From assembly GCA_902595795.1 (NCBI GenBank), contig CACJRK010000003.1:7753-71752 (forward strand): a stretch of 64,000 bases of DNA, given 5' to 3'. Positions within the stretch are counted from its first letter, which is position 1. Every line of letters starts with the position of its first letter. This document shows positions 9,693 to 19,176 of the stretch, piece by piece. The stretch comes from an uncultured Pelagibacteraceae bacterium. Its GTDB lineage: Bacteria > Pseudomonadota > Alphaproteobacteria > Pelagibacterales > Pelagibacteraceae. A program made the translations under genes and the position numbers. The notes beneath the pieces were generated by a model. The model was not told the origin of the DNA, searched no databases, and saw nothing but the letters and a program-made list of their open reading frames with translations.

Positions 9693-9983
9693 TTGGCTAT
9701 TGTAAAATCAAAGCTTTTAAAACAACTCTCAGATAGCTACCCAAATTTTCTCAAAAAAGACCTAGAGAAATTTACCAATATTATTCTAAGTGAAATTAAA
9801 CGAGCACTCAAAAGAGGTGAACGTGTTGAGCTTAGAGGTTTTGGTGTATTTTCAACTAATATTCAAAAATCTAGGATATCAAGAAACCCGAGAACTGGAG
9901 AAAAAGTTAATACACCTCAAAAAAAAACAATTCACTTTAAAATGTCAAAAGACTTGTTTAAAAAATTAAATAATGAAGAATAA
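9693..9983 (+). CDS. ihfB: Integration host factor beta subunit (TTG start)
   Basis: RVELRGFGVF, RNPRTGE, HFKMSK; after rpsA. Confidence 0.9.
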   Translation: MAIVKSKLLKQLSDSYPNFLKKDLEKFTNIILSEIKRALKRGERVELRGFGVFSTNIQKSRISRNPRTGEKVNTPQKKTIHFKMSKDLFKKLNNEE

Positions 9984-10656
9984 AACAATATTTGTTGCTT
10001 GTGATACTTCAAATCTTAAAGAAATTAAAAAAATAATAAGCCATATTCAAACTAATAAATTGCAGATTATTCCAAAATTTGGATTACAATTTTTTTACTC
10101 TAAAAACGGCAGAAAATTTTTAGAAAATTTTAAAAATGACTTTTGGTTAGATTTAAAAATAAATGATATTCCCCAGACTGCCTTATCAGCAATAGATAGT
10201 CTTAAAGATTTAAAAAAATGTAGATTTATAACTGTACATGCAAATGGTGGTATGAAAATGCTTAAGGCTATTAAGAAAAAAGTTAATAAAAATATAAAAG
10301 TACTTGGGGTTACAGTTCTGACAAGTCTTAACAATAGTTCTCTTAAAGAAATAGGTTATACAAAATCAGTAGAAAAATTAGTACTAACTCAAGCTAATCT
10401 TATCAAAAAATCTGGATGTGATGGAGTAGTTTGTTCTGCTCATGAAGCTAAAATGATAAGAAAAAAACATAAAAACTTATTTATTGTAACTCCAGGAATA
10501 AGATTGCCTAAAGATGATATAAATGATCAATTAAGAGTGATGACGCCTAATGATGCTTTTAAAAATAAAGTTTCTGGTATTGTAATAGGAAGATCATTAA
10601 TAAAAGGAAATATCAAAAATAATATTCGAAAATTAATTGACCATTTGAACAAATGA
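9973..10656 (+). CDS. pyrF: Orotidine-5'-phosphate decarboxylase
   Basis: DLKINDIPQT, VTVLTS, VTPGIR, VIGRS. Confidence 0.93.
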   Translation: MKNKTIFVACDTSNLKEIKKIISHIQTNKLQIIPKFGLQFFYSKNGRKFLENFKNDFWLDLKINDIPQTALSAIDSLKDLKKCRFITVHANGGMKMLKAIKKKVNKNIKVLGVTVLTSLNNSSLKEIGYTKSVEKLVLTQANLIKKSGCDGVVCSAHEAKMIRKKHKNLFIVTPGIRLPKDDINDQLRVMTPNDAFKNKVSGIVIGRSLIKGNIKNNIRKLIDHLNK

Positions 10657-11282
10657 TCAAAGGTTCTAAAATTTGTGGGATATCAGATCTCGAAACTCTT
10701 AATTTTATTATCAATCATCAATACCCACCTCAATTTATTGGATTTATTTGTAATTATAAAAAAAGTTCAAGATATGTTGAAATTGAAAAGCTTAATGAAT
10801 TATTAATATTAGATAAAAAAAAATCTAATTTTGTAGCAGTACTGGTTAAACCTAATGAGGAAATTTTAGAAAAAATTAAGCATTTGCCCTTTGATTATTA
10901 TCAGATTTATGATTGCATGCCTGACGAAATAAAACAAATTAAAGAAACTTATAATAAAAAAATTATTACCGCTTTAACTATAAAAGAAGAAAATGATGTT
11001 CAAAATTACCATTTGTTCTCTGAGATAACAGATATTTATTTGTTTGATAGCAAAGGTTACGAAAAAAGTATGTCTTTTAATCATAAGCTTATTCAAAAAA
11101 TAAAGATTAACAAACCATTAATGATAGCAGGTGATATACAAATAAATGATGATCTTGAAAATTATAAAAAAATAGCAGATATTATAGATATATCTGGGGG
11201 TCTAGAGACTTCTGGGATAAAAGATAAATCCAAAATTGATATATTTTTAAATAAGATAAAACAGGTATACAATGAAACTTAA
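10653..11282 (+). CDS. trpF: Phosphoribosylanthranilate isomerase
   Basis: KICGI, LFDSKG, DISGGLE..GIKD; precedes trpBA. Confidence 0.88.
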   Translation: MIKGSKICGISDLETLNFIINHQYPPQFIGFICNYKKSSRYVEIEKLNELLILDKKKSNFVAVLVKPNEEILEKIKHLPFDYYQIYDCMPDEIKQIKETYNKKIITALTIKEENDVQNYHLFSEITDIYLFDSKGYEKSMSFNHKLIQKIKINKPLMIAGDIQINDDLENYKKIADIIDISGGLETSGIKDKSKIDIFLNKIKQVYNET

Positions 11283-12501
11283 AAGAGGAATTCCATTAAT
11301 TGATCAACATGATCAATATGGTTTTTGGGGTGGTAAATTTGGAGGAAGTTTTATTCCTGAAACTTTAAAAAAACCAATTGAAGATTTAACAAATGAATTT
11401 AGAAAACTAAGAAAAGATAAAAAATTTCTTAAAAAAAGAGATTATTATTTTAAAAATTATATAGGTGTACCTACCTCATTTATCAAACTTTATAATTTAA
11501 CAAATCATCTAGGTGGTGCACAAATTTGGACAAAAGTTGTCTCCGAGGCTAATGGGGGTGCGCACAAAATATACAATGCAACTGTTCACGCACTGATATG
11601 TAAAGCAATGGGTAAAAAATATATAGTTGGTGATACAGGAGCTGGTTATGCCGGTAAAATGTTAAGTATGGCAGCTAAAAAATTTGGTCTAAAATGTAAA
11701 ATATTTATGGGCGCAAAGGATATTAAAAGACAAAAGCCTAACTGTGATGCAATAAGAAAAAATGGTGCTGAAATAATTCCTGTTTTTTCAGGAAGTCAAA
11801 CTTTAGTTGATGCTGTAAGTGAATGTATGAGGTACTGGGTATCAAATTGTGACAATACTCATATGTGTGTTGGAAGTACTGTTGGTCCAAATATATTTGT
11901 TAAAATTTGTGGCTGGAGTACAGCGCAAATTTCAAGAGAATTAAAACTACAATTAAAATCAGAATTTAAAAAAATACCAAAAAAAATAAAATTGATTAAC
12001 TGTGTTGGGGGTGGAAGTTCAGCATATGGATTTTGGAGCGAATTTATTGACTATAATAAAAAACATATTGAATTAATTGGCGTGGAGGCAGGCGGACCTA
12101 AAAAATCAAAACTGCATGCAGCTCCATTAAGTTGTAATACTAAAATTGGAATTTTACATGGAGCTGCATCTTATGTATGTCAAAATAAAGAAGGACAAAT
12201 AAATGAAACAGAATCTATAAGTGCTGGTTTGGACTACCCTGGGGTAAGTCCTATGCACTGTTTTTTAAAGGATACAAAAAGAGCAAGATATACTTATGCA
12301 ACAGATGAAGAAGCATTAAACGCACATCAAATGGTAACTAAATTTGAAAATTTGAATCCTAGCTTAGAACCAAGTCACGCATTTGCAGAAGCAATTAAAA
12401 TTGCTCCTAAATTGAGTAAAGATACGATTATAATCGTTAATTCTTGTGGTGATGCAAAAAAAGATAGAGATATTTTAAGAGAGAGATTAGGTAAAAAATA
12501 A
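11272..12501 (+). CDS. trpB: Tryptophan synthase beta chain (divergent active site)
   Basis: FGGSFIPETL, GAHK (PLP lysine), CVGGGS, SISAGLDYPGV, LEPSHA; trpF-trpB-trpA order. Confidence 0.9.
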   Translation: MKLKRGIPLIDQHDQYGFWGGKFGGSFIPETLKKPIEDLTNEFRKLRKDKKFLKKRDYYFKNYIGVPTSFIKLYNLTNHLGGAQIWTKVVSEANGGAHKIYNATVHALICKAMGKKYIVGDTGAGYAGKMLSMAAKKFGLKCKIFMGAKDIKRQKPNCDAIRKNGAEIIPVFSGSQTLVDAVSECMRYWVSNCDNTHMCVGSTVGPNIFVKICGWSTAQISRELKLQLKSEFKKIPKKIKLINCVGGGSSAYGFWSEFIDYNKKHIELIGVEAGGPKKSKLHAAPLSCNTKIGILHGAASYVCQNKEGQINETESISAGLDYPGVSPMHCFLKDTKRARYTYATDEEALNAHQMVTKFENLNPSLEPSHAFAEAIKIAPKLSKDTIIIVNSCGDAKKDRDILRERLGKK

Positions 12502-13301
12502 TGAGTTCTCTAATTAATCAAGCTTTTCAAAATGCTCAAAGCGAAAATAGACCAGCTTTGTTAACTTATACAGTAGCTGGAGACAATACTAAAAAAAAAT
12601 CCTTGGAAATATTAAAATCAATTTCAAATTATGCAGATATTTGTGAATTAGGCTTTCCTCACAACACACCTATTGCTGATGGTGGTCAAATACAAACTAG
12701 TGCTTATCGTGCCATTAAAAATGGAATTAAAATAAACGATGTATTTTCAATTGCTAAGGATTTTAAAAGTAAGAGAAAAAATAAACCTATTATTTTAATG
12801 GGCTACTATAATATGATTTTTCAGTATAATGAAAATAAGTTTTTAGAAAAATGCAAAATATCAAAAGTAGACGGATTAATTATTGTAGATTTACCTTATC
12901 CAGAAAACAGAAGTTTTGCTGCTAAATGTAAAAAAAGAGGAATTAATTTTATTCAATTGGTATCACCAACTACATCTAAGCTTAGGTTAAAAAAAATAAT
13001 CAAAGATTCACATGATATGATTTACTACATTAGTATGCTTTCAACTACAGGAGGGAAATTAAAAGTTTCACCTAAAGAAATCCTGGAAAGATATAGTAAA
13101 ATAAAAAATCAAAATAAATCTAAAAATGTTGTAATTGGATTTGGTATTACTGAAAAAACAATAAAATCATTAAAAAAAGCTGATGGATTAGTTGTTGGAA
13201 GTGCAATTTGCAAAGAAATTACAAATGCAATTAAAAAGAGACAAAATCCTGTCACAAATGTTACTAGTATAGTTAAAAGATTAAAAAATAAAATTAAATG
13301 A
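12501..13301 (+). CDS. trpA: Tryptophan synthase alpha chain
   Basis: ELGFP..P.ADG..IQ, LMGYYN, IIVDLP, GFGI, VVGSA. Confidence 0.92.
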   Translation: MSSLINQAFQNAQSENRPALLTYTVAGDNTKKKSLEILKSISNYADICELGFPHNTPIADGGQIQTSAYRAIKNGIKINDVFSIAKDFKSKRKNKPIILMGYYNMIFQYNENKFLEKCKISKVDGLIIVDLPYPENRSFAAKCKKRGINFIQLVSPTTSKLRLKKIIKDSHDMIYYISMLSTTGGKLKVSPKEILERYSKIKNQNKSKNVVIGFGITEKTIKSLKKADGLVVGSAICKEITNAIKKRQNPVTNVTSIVKRLKNKIK

Positions 13302-14227
13302 ATTGGATTAAAAAAATTATAAAAGCAGGTGAAAAAATTAAAACTGCTATTCACGAAAGAGCTTCTAAAGAGGAGATAGCTAAAAGTGTTTGGACGAGTT
13401 GTTGTAGGGGGCCAATTTTAAAAAAAGACTTAGAGCAAAATTTATGGGTGTGTACAGATTGTAACAAACATCACCGTATTAAACCAAGCCAGAGATTTAA
13501 TATATTGTTTGGTGAAAATAATTATGAAGTATTTAAAACTCCTATACCAAAAGATGATCCCTTAAATTGGACAGACTCAAAATCATATAAAGATAGACTA
13601 AAAAATGCGCGTAAAAAAACTGGCATGGACTGTGGAATGATGGTTGTTTGTGGAACAATTAATAATATTAAAATCACAGCTGTCGCTTCAGATTTTGATT
13701 TTTTAGGAGCTTCAATGGCTGCTGCTGAAGGTGAAGCGTTTTTATATGGAATACAGCATGCTATTGAAAATAAAACTCCTTTTTTATGTATTAGTGCAGG
13801 CGGTGGAATGAGAATGATGGAGAGTTTAATATCTCTATCGCAAATGACAAGAACAACACTTGCAATTAATGAACTAAAGAAAAATGGACTACCTTATATA
13901 GTCTGTATTACAGATCCTACAGCAGGTGGTATTACGGCTTCTTATGCTATGCTTGGAGATATCCATATAGCTGAACCAGGTGCATTAATTGCTTTTGCAG
14001 GAGCTAGAGTTATTCAAGGTACAGTAAAAGAAGAATTACCTGAAGATTTCCAAAAAAGTGAGTATGTTGAAAAAACTGGATTTGTTGATTTAATTGTTGA
14101 ACGTAAAGATCTTGCCTCTAAAATTGGAACCTTATTATCAATATTGTTAAAAAAAAATTCTGATATAAGTTCTGAACAAAATGAAACTTCAGAAAATAGT
14201 CAGTCGCTTACAAGAGCTGCATCCTAA
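13298..14227 (+). CDS. accD: Acetyl-CoA carboxylase carboxyltransferase beta subunit
   Basis: GGMRMMES, PTAGGITASYAMLGD, AEPGALIAFAGARVI. Confidence 0.93.
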   Translation: MNWIKKIIKAGEKIKTAIHERASKEEIAKSVWTSCCRGPILKKDLEQNLWVCTDCNKHHRIKPSQRFNILFGENNYEVFKTPIPKDDPLNWTDSKSYKDRLKNARKKTGMDCGMMVVCGTINNIKITAVASDFDFLGASMAAAEGEAFLYGIQHAIENKTPFLCISAGGGMRMMESLISLSQMTRTTLAINELKKNGLPYIVCITDPTAGGITASYAMLGDIHIAEPGALIAFAGARVIQGTVKEELPEDFQKSEYVEKTGFVDLIVERKDLASKIGTLLSILLKKNSDISSEQNETSENSQSLTRAAS

Positions 14228-15449
14228 AGAAATAGATTTAAGTCTAGATCGTATTCAAAATCTCTGTAAAAAATTAGGAAATCCTCAAAATAAAATTAAA
14301 GCAATCTCATTTGTTGGTACTAATGGAAAGTATTCTACTATCCAAGCAATGTTTTCTATTTTAAAAGAAGCAAATTTTAAATGTAATATCTACACCAGTC
14401 CTCATGTCAAAAATATCAATGAAAGGTTTGTTTTTAATAATGAAGAACTTAATGATGAAGATCTAGCGAGTTTACTTGAAGAAATTGAAAATGTTAACAA
14501 TAATGAACCGATTACTTTTTTTGAAATATTGACTGCAGCTTATTTTTTAAAAGCATCTCAATACCCAGAAAATATCAATTTAATTGAGAGTGGATTATTC
14601 TTTAGATTTGACGCTACTAATATATTAAATAATAACCTTGCTAGTATTGTAACCTCTATTGGCCTTGATCATTTAGATTGGTTACCCAAAAATGAGCAAA
14701 CTATTGAAAAAATTATTTTTGAAAAAACATCAACTCTTTTAAACTCAAATATAATAGTCGCAAAACAAACTACCAAAGAAATTATGGATAATATTAAGAA
14801 AACAATATCAAATAATAGTTCGAATAAAGTTTTTCATAATGAAAATTATAGTTTTACAATGCAAGAAAATGAATTCTTTTATTATGAAGATCAATTTGGG
14901 GGAATAAAGTTACCGATACCAAATGTAAAGGGTTTATTTCAATTAGAAAATGTCTCAACAGCTATAGCAACTGTGAGAACTTTAAAAAATTTAAATATTA
15001 AAGATGATCACATTAAAAAAGGTATTTTAAAAATAAATAGTATTGGAAGATTACAAGAAATTAAATCTGGAAAACTTAAAGCGCTTGCAAAAGATCACAA
15101 ACTTTTTGTTGATGGATCTCATAACCCTTTGGGTGCAAAAGTTTTGAATGAATACTTGGAAAGTTTAGATTGCAATAAACATATCATTCTTGGAATGATG
15201 GCTAATAAAGATCATAATGAATATATGAGTTTCTTTAAGGATATTGCTACATTGACTACAATAGATATACCTAATCAACCCAATTCAATTAAAGGAAAAG
15301 AACTTAAAAATAAACTAAATGGCTTTTCAAATATAAATTATAAGGAAAGTATAGAGGATGCTATCAGATCAATTCAAGTCAAGGAAAATGATATAATAAT
15401 GATTACTGGATCTTTATATCTTGCGGGGGAAATTTTGAATTTAAATTAG
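14181..15449 (+). CDS. folC: Folylpolyglutamate synthase / dihydrofolate synthase
   Basis: GTNGK.ST, YTSPH, DATN, IGLDH, DGSHN, ITGSLYLAG; accD-folC order. Confidence 0.9.
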   Translation: MKLQKIVSRLQELHPKEIDLSLDRIQNLCKKLGNPQNKIKAISFVGTNGKYSTIQAMFSILKEANFKCNIYTSPHVKNINERFVFNNEELNDEDLASLLEEIENVNNNEPITFFEILTAAYFLKASQYPENINLIESGLFFRFDATNILNNNLASIVTSIGLDHLDWLPKNEQTIEKIIFEKTSTLLNSNIIVAKQTTKEIMDNIKKTISNNSSNKVFHNENYSFTMQENEFFYYEDQFGGIKLPIPNVKGLFQLENVSTAIATVRTLKNLNIKDDHIKKGILKINSIGRLQEIKSGKLKALAKDHKLFVDGSHNPLGAKVLNEYLESLDCNKHIILGMMANKDHNEYMSFFKDIATLTTIDIPNQPNSIKGKELKNKLNGFSNINYKESIEDAIRSIQVKENDIIMITGSLYLAGEILNLN

Positions 15450-15763
15450 ATATTTTTATCTAAAAATTCCTTCATGTGACTTTCGGGAACACCACCAACT
15501 TTTCTATCTACTTCAACACCTTTCTTATAAATGATAACTGTTGGAACACCTCTAATACCAGCAGCTGAACCTGTGTTAATTCCACCATCCTCAACATCAG
15601 CATAATAAAAACCAGCCTTATCTTTATATTCATCAGATAATTTATCCATTACTGGTTTTAGTGCCTTACATGGACCACACCATTCAGCTGAAAACTGGAT
15701 GACTGAAACATCTTCATTTTTAATTTTAGTATCAAAATCTTCATCTTTAAAATTTGTAAGCAT
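15446..15763 (-). CDS. trxA: Thioredoxin
   Basis: WCGPC motif; convergent with folC as in other alphaproteobacteria. Confidence 0.95.
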   Translation of the reverse strand: MLTNFKDEDFDTKIKNEDVSVIQFSAEWCGPCKALKPVMDKLSDEYKDKAGFYYADVEDGGINTGSAAGIRGVPTVIIYKKGVEVDRKVGGVPESHMKEFLDKNI

Positions 15764-15797
15764 ATAACCTTTCTATAAATTGCAGTCTTAAAGTCAA

Positions 15798-17234
15798 CTA
15801 GGCAATTTCATATTTTTTTTCTATAGACATAATAAATTCATTTATTTCATCTAATTTTTTTAATTCTTCTTCGTCATCTCGATTAGAAGCCTGATCTCGT
15901 AAGGTATCAATTTCTTGATAAGCCATTCCTATAGTTTGCCATTTTTCTCTATTTTTACTTAAAATTCGTCTAGCAATTTCGCTTTTTATATTTTTATATA
16001 AATCTGGTGGTAAAATATGTGGTGCTTCTTGATAGATAATTTTTTGCCCAAACCAACTGCATCTTTTATCTGTAAATTTATCTAACATTCTTAATTTATC
16101 TTCCCAAGAAGAACTATGCCAAGTTTTAAATAATTGGGTGTCTTTGTTGGGAATAAATTTTTCATATAAAGTTTCTTCTGGCAATAAATCTTCTTGAGTT
16201 TGAGTTTGAGCTTTCTCTTCAGCTGTTTCTCTATTAATGATTTGAATATTTTTACAAAAATTTTCACTATTTCTAACCATTTTTGCTCTTTTTTGAATAG
16301 TTTCTAAATCTAAGTCTGCATATGCCTTTTCCTTTAATGCAAACTTTTTATCTAATACAACAGGAGCTTTATTGGTTTTGATTACTCTAAGTGCTTTTGG
16401 ACTAAATTTTTTTAAATAAACTTTAAGATCATTTACTGACAAGTTTAATAATGGTTCGGGATCTCTTCTTAAATCAAATAAATATCCCCATGATGCATAT
16501 GATGGATGAAAACAATGATTTGGATGCAATGTAGAGACAAGATACATCATATTTTTTCCTTTAACGTTTTCAAAAATTGAATAAATCCCCTCACTTTTTA
16601 AAATAGTTTCAACGCTATTTTTTGTCGATGTGTTTAAAAAATTTTCCCAATTATCTTTGTGTTTATCTTTAATAATTCTGAGAATTTTTAAGCTTGTGAA
16701 TGCATCATGATAAGCAGTGTGTTGTTGAGATGTATCAAATCCTTGTTGTCTGGCTAAACCTTCTAGAGCGAGACTTTCATTTCCAGCTTCTGTTAATTCA
16801 GTCTTTAATGTCTCAGGATTTAAAGTTTGAGCTACTCTTGCAACATGTAAACCATCGTGTTCTTTATTAGGTGATGAATGTGTAATGTATGGATATCTAT
16901 TCCCTTTAAAAAAATTAAAATGAAACATTCGTCTATCAAAATTTAAGTTACTCCAACCCATAAACAATGCTGGACCAGCTTTAGAGAAAAAATTCTCTAC
17001 TGCGCCTAAAAAATCGTAATGCGAGTAATTGCCTTTAGTAAGTAAATCAATACTTGTTGAATTAACTAATAAGGCCTTTGCACTTGGAACCTCACCCTCG
17101 GGCATTCTGCCACGAATATTTAGCTTACCAATTTCTTTTAAGTTTTTATCGACAACTACAGCACCTACTTCAATTATTGAGCCCCAAATTGTGCTATTTG
17201 TTGTTTCCGTATCGTAAATTACTATTTTATCCAT
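15798..17234 (-). CDS. sbcB: Exodeoxyribonuclease I-like DEDDh 3'-5' ssDNA exonuclease
   Basis: YDTETT (Exo I), GWSNLNFD (Exo II), HTAYHDA (Exo III), plus ExoI-like C-terminal NKAPVVL and EETLY..FI...D; 478 aa. Confidence 0.75.
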   Translation of the reverse strand: MDKIVIYDTETTNSTIWGSIIEVGAVVVDKNLKEIGKLNIRGRMPEGEVPSAKALLVNSTSIDLLTKGNYSHYDFLGAVENFFSKAGPALFMGWSNLNFDRRMFHFNFFKGNRYPYITHSSPNKEHDGLHVARVAQTLNPETLKTELTEAGNESLALEGLARQQGFDTSQQHTAYHDAFTSLKILRIIKDKHKDNWENFLNTSTKNSVETILKSEGIYSIFENVKGKNMMYLVSTLHPNHCFHPSYASWGYLFDLRRDPEPLLNLSVNDLKVYLKKFSPKALRVIKTNKAPVVLDKKFALKEKAYADLDLETIQKRAKMVRNSENFCKNIQIINRETAEEKAQTQTQEDLLPEETLYEKFIPNKDTQLFKTWHSSSWEDKLRMLDKFTDKRCSWFGQKIIYQEAPHILPPDLYKNIKSEIARRILSKNREKWQTIGMAYQEIDTLRDQASNRDDEEELKKLDEINEFIMSIEKKYEIA

Positions 17235-17240
17235 AAAATC

Positions 17241-17927
17241 CTACGTTAAATTCGATAGCTCATTAAATTTTTTTAATCTTCCCAAAAACAAATTTTGATA
17301 AACAACTAAATCATGTCCTTGAATTTTAAATTCTTGGAATAATTTATCTGCTGTGCAAACGAGAATTACACAAGAAGTGATATTAGAGTTATACACAATG
17401 TTATGTGCTAATGAATATGCACTTGTTTGAAGAAGCCATGAATCTATATACTCAGCTTTTTTGGGTTTATTACTTTGTTTAAAATCAATTATTGTTTCTT
17501 TTCCTTCATACACTCCAACACAATCAGTAGTACCTGCATATTTCTCTGGGTAATAAAGAGTGCATTCAACTCCCCAAATTTCATCCAATCTATTTTTTAA
17601 ACCTTTTTCTATAATTTCTTTAGCCATTAATTTGTATTGTTCGTTATCTTCAAAAAAACTTAAATTCTCTCTTCCAAGTAAATAAGATTCTAAATAGTTG
17701 TGCATTTGAGATCCCCTGCTACTTGCTGCTTTTGTTATCGCTTCAGCTTCTTTTTGACCTGTTCTTTCACGCCAATTAGCGAGAGCAGCCTTATCTTCCT
17801 CTGATTTTGTTACGTCAAGTATTGAGGTAACACTTGGTAATTTTTTCTCCCCTAAAAGATATCTTCTAATTCCATCTACAGTTGCTCTTGAGGATGTAGG
17901 ATAATCATATTTTTTATTCCATTTCAT
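17241..17927 (-). CDS. PD-(D/E)xK exonuclease, MGME1/phage exonuclease-like
   Basis: LPSVTSIL..T, W.ER.G, RGSQMH, E..LYY..YAGTTD, IIDFKQS, LQTSAY. Confidence 0.8.
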   Translation of the reverse strand: MKWNKKYDYPTSSRATVDGIRRYLLGEKKLPSVTSILDVTKSEEDKAALANWRERTGQKEAEAITKAASSRGSQMHNYLESYLLGRENLSFFEDNEQYKLMAKEIIEKGLKNRLDEIWGVECTLYYPEKYAGTTDCVGVYEGKETIIDFKQSNKPKKAEYIDSWLLQTSAYSLAHNIVYNSNITSCVILVCTADKLFQEFKIQGHDLVVYQNLFLGRLKKFNELSNLT

Positions 17928-18002
17928 GATGAATCAAGTGATAACTTGTACTATTAAGTTTAATAATTATCTACTAGATATGATAAAAAGTTAAATTAAA
18001 TT

Positions 18003-19172
18003 ATGGAAGCAATTTTAGGAGTAATAGTAGGATTTGTAGCATTTGGTATTGTTTGGTTTTTTTTACTAAAACCAAAAAACAATCAAGCATCAATTGATGA
18101 ACTGAAATTAAAAGAAGAAGAATTAAAAAAATCTCAAATAGATTTAGCTACAAGGGAGGCAGAGATAAAAGCTGCAGAGGATGCAAAAAAAGACTTAACA
18201 AAACAACTTGACGATAAAAAAGTAGAGGTAACAAATCTTTATAAGAAAGTTGATGGTATCGTTGAAGGAGTAGGTGAATACAAGTCAATTTCTGAAAAAG
18301 CAATTAACAAACATGATGAAGCAATAGCACGACATACAAATTGGTGGGAAAAACTCACAACTAACATCACATATCAAGGAAAATTTAATCAAGAAATTTT
18401 AGAAAATCTTTTAGAAAGTGCAAATCTTGTAAAGAATAGAGATTTTTTTCCACAAAAAAAACAAACAACTTATGACATTGATGGTAATGAAGAGAAAGAT
18501 GTAATTCCTGATATGCTTGTAAAATTTCCAGAGAGAAATTATATCATTGATGCTAAAATGTCTTTAACACATTGGACAAAATATATTAATGAGAAAGATG
18601 AAAATCGAAAAAAACAATATCTTAAAGATCATATAGCATCAGTTAGAAATCACTTATTTGGACCAAAAGGTTTAGCTAAGAAAAATTATAACAAACTCTA
18701 TGGAATAAAATCATTACAGTCTGTTATTGTTTTTTTTCCAGCATCAAGCTTATATTCTGTAACACTTGATGCTGATAAAACTCTTCAAACAGAGGCTCTT
18801 AAAGCAAACTTTATTTTATCATCCCCTACTGAGCTGTTGAATATGATTAAGGTTTTTGAGCAAATCAAAAGTGAAAGGAAGCAAATTGAAAATATTAGTA
18901 AGATCATAAACTCTGCTAGTAAAATATTTGATAAATACTCAGATGTTAAAACTGCGATTAAAGGAGCACTTCAATCATATAAAACTCATGCAAATCAACT
19001 ACAAAGCCTAGTTACAAAATCTTGGGGTTCACAAGGATTAGAGAAGCAAATAAAAAAACTTGAAGATGAACATGGTGTAATACCTGGAAAACAAATTCCT
19101 GAAATACCACCTGAACAAGCAAATATTACTGAGGTTACAGATCCAGAGGAAGACAAAGATAAGTTAAACTGA
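18003..19172 (+). CDS. rmuC: RmuC-family protein (N-terminal TM, coiled coil, PD-(D/E)xK domain)
   Basis: Hydrophobic N-terminus, heptad region, LENLLE, PDMLVKFP, IIDAKMSL, VFFPASS, SPTELL. Confidence 0.75.
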   Translation: MEAILGVIVGFVAFGIVWFFLLKPKNNQASIDELKLKEEELKKSQIDLATREAEIKAAEDAKKDLTKQLDDKKVEVTNLYKKVDGIVEGVGEYKSISEKAINKHDEAIARHTNWWEKLTTNITYQGKFNQEILENLLESANLVKNRDFFPQKKQTTYDIDGNEEKDVIPDMLVKFPERNYIIDAKMSLTHWTKYINEKDENRKKQYLKDHIASVRNHLFGPKGLAKKNYNKLYGIKSLQSVIVFFPASSLYSVTLDADKTLQTEALKANFILSSPTELLNMIKVFEQIKSERKQIENISKIINSASKIFDKYSDVKTAIKGALQSYKTHANQLQSLVTKSWGSQGLEKQIKKLEDEHGVIPGKQIPEIPPEQANITEVTDPEEDKDKLN

Positions 19173-19176
19173 TCAA

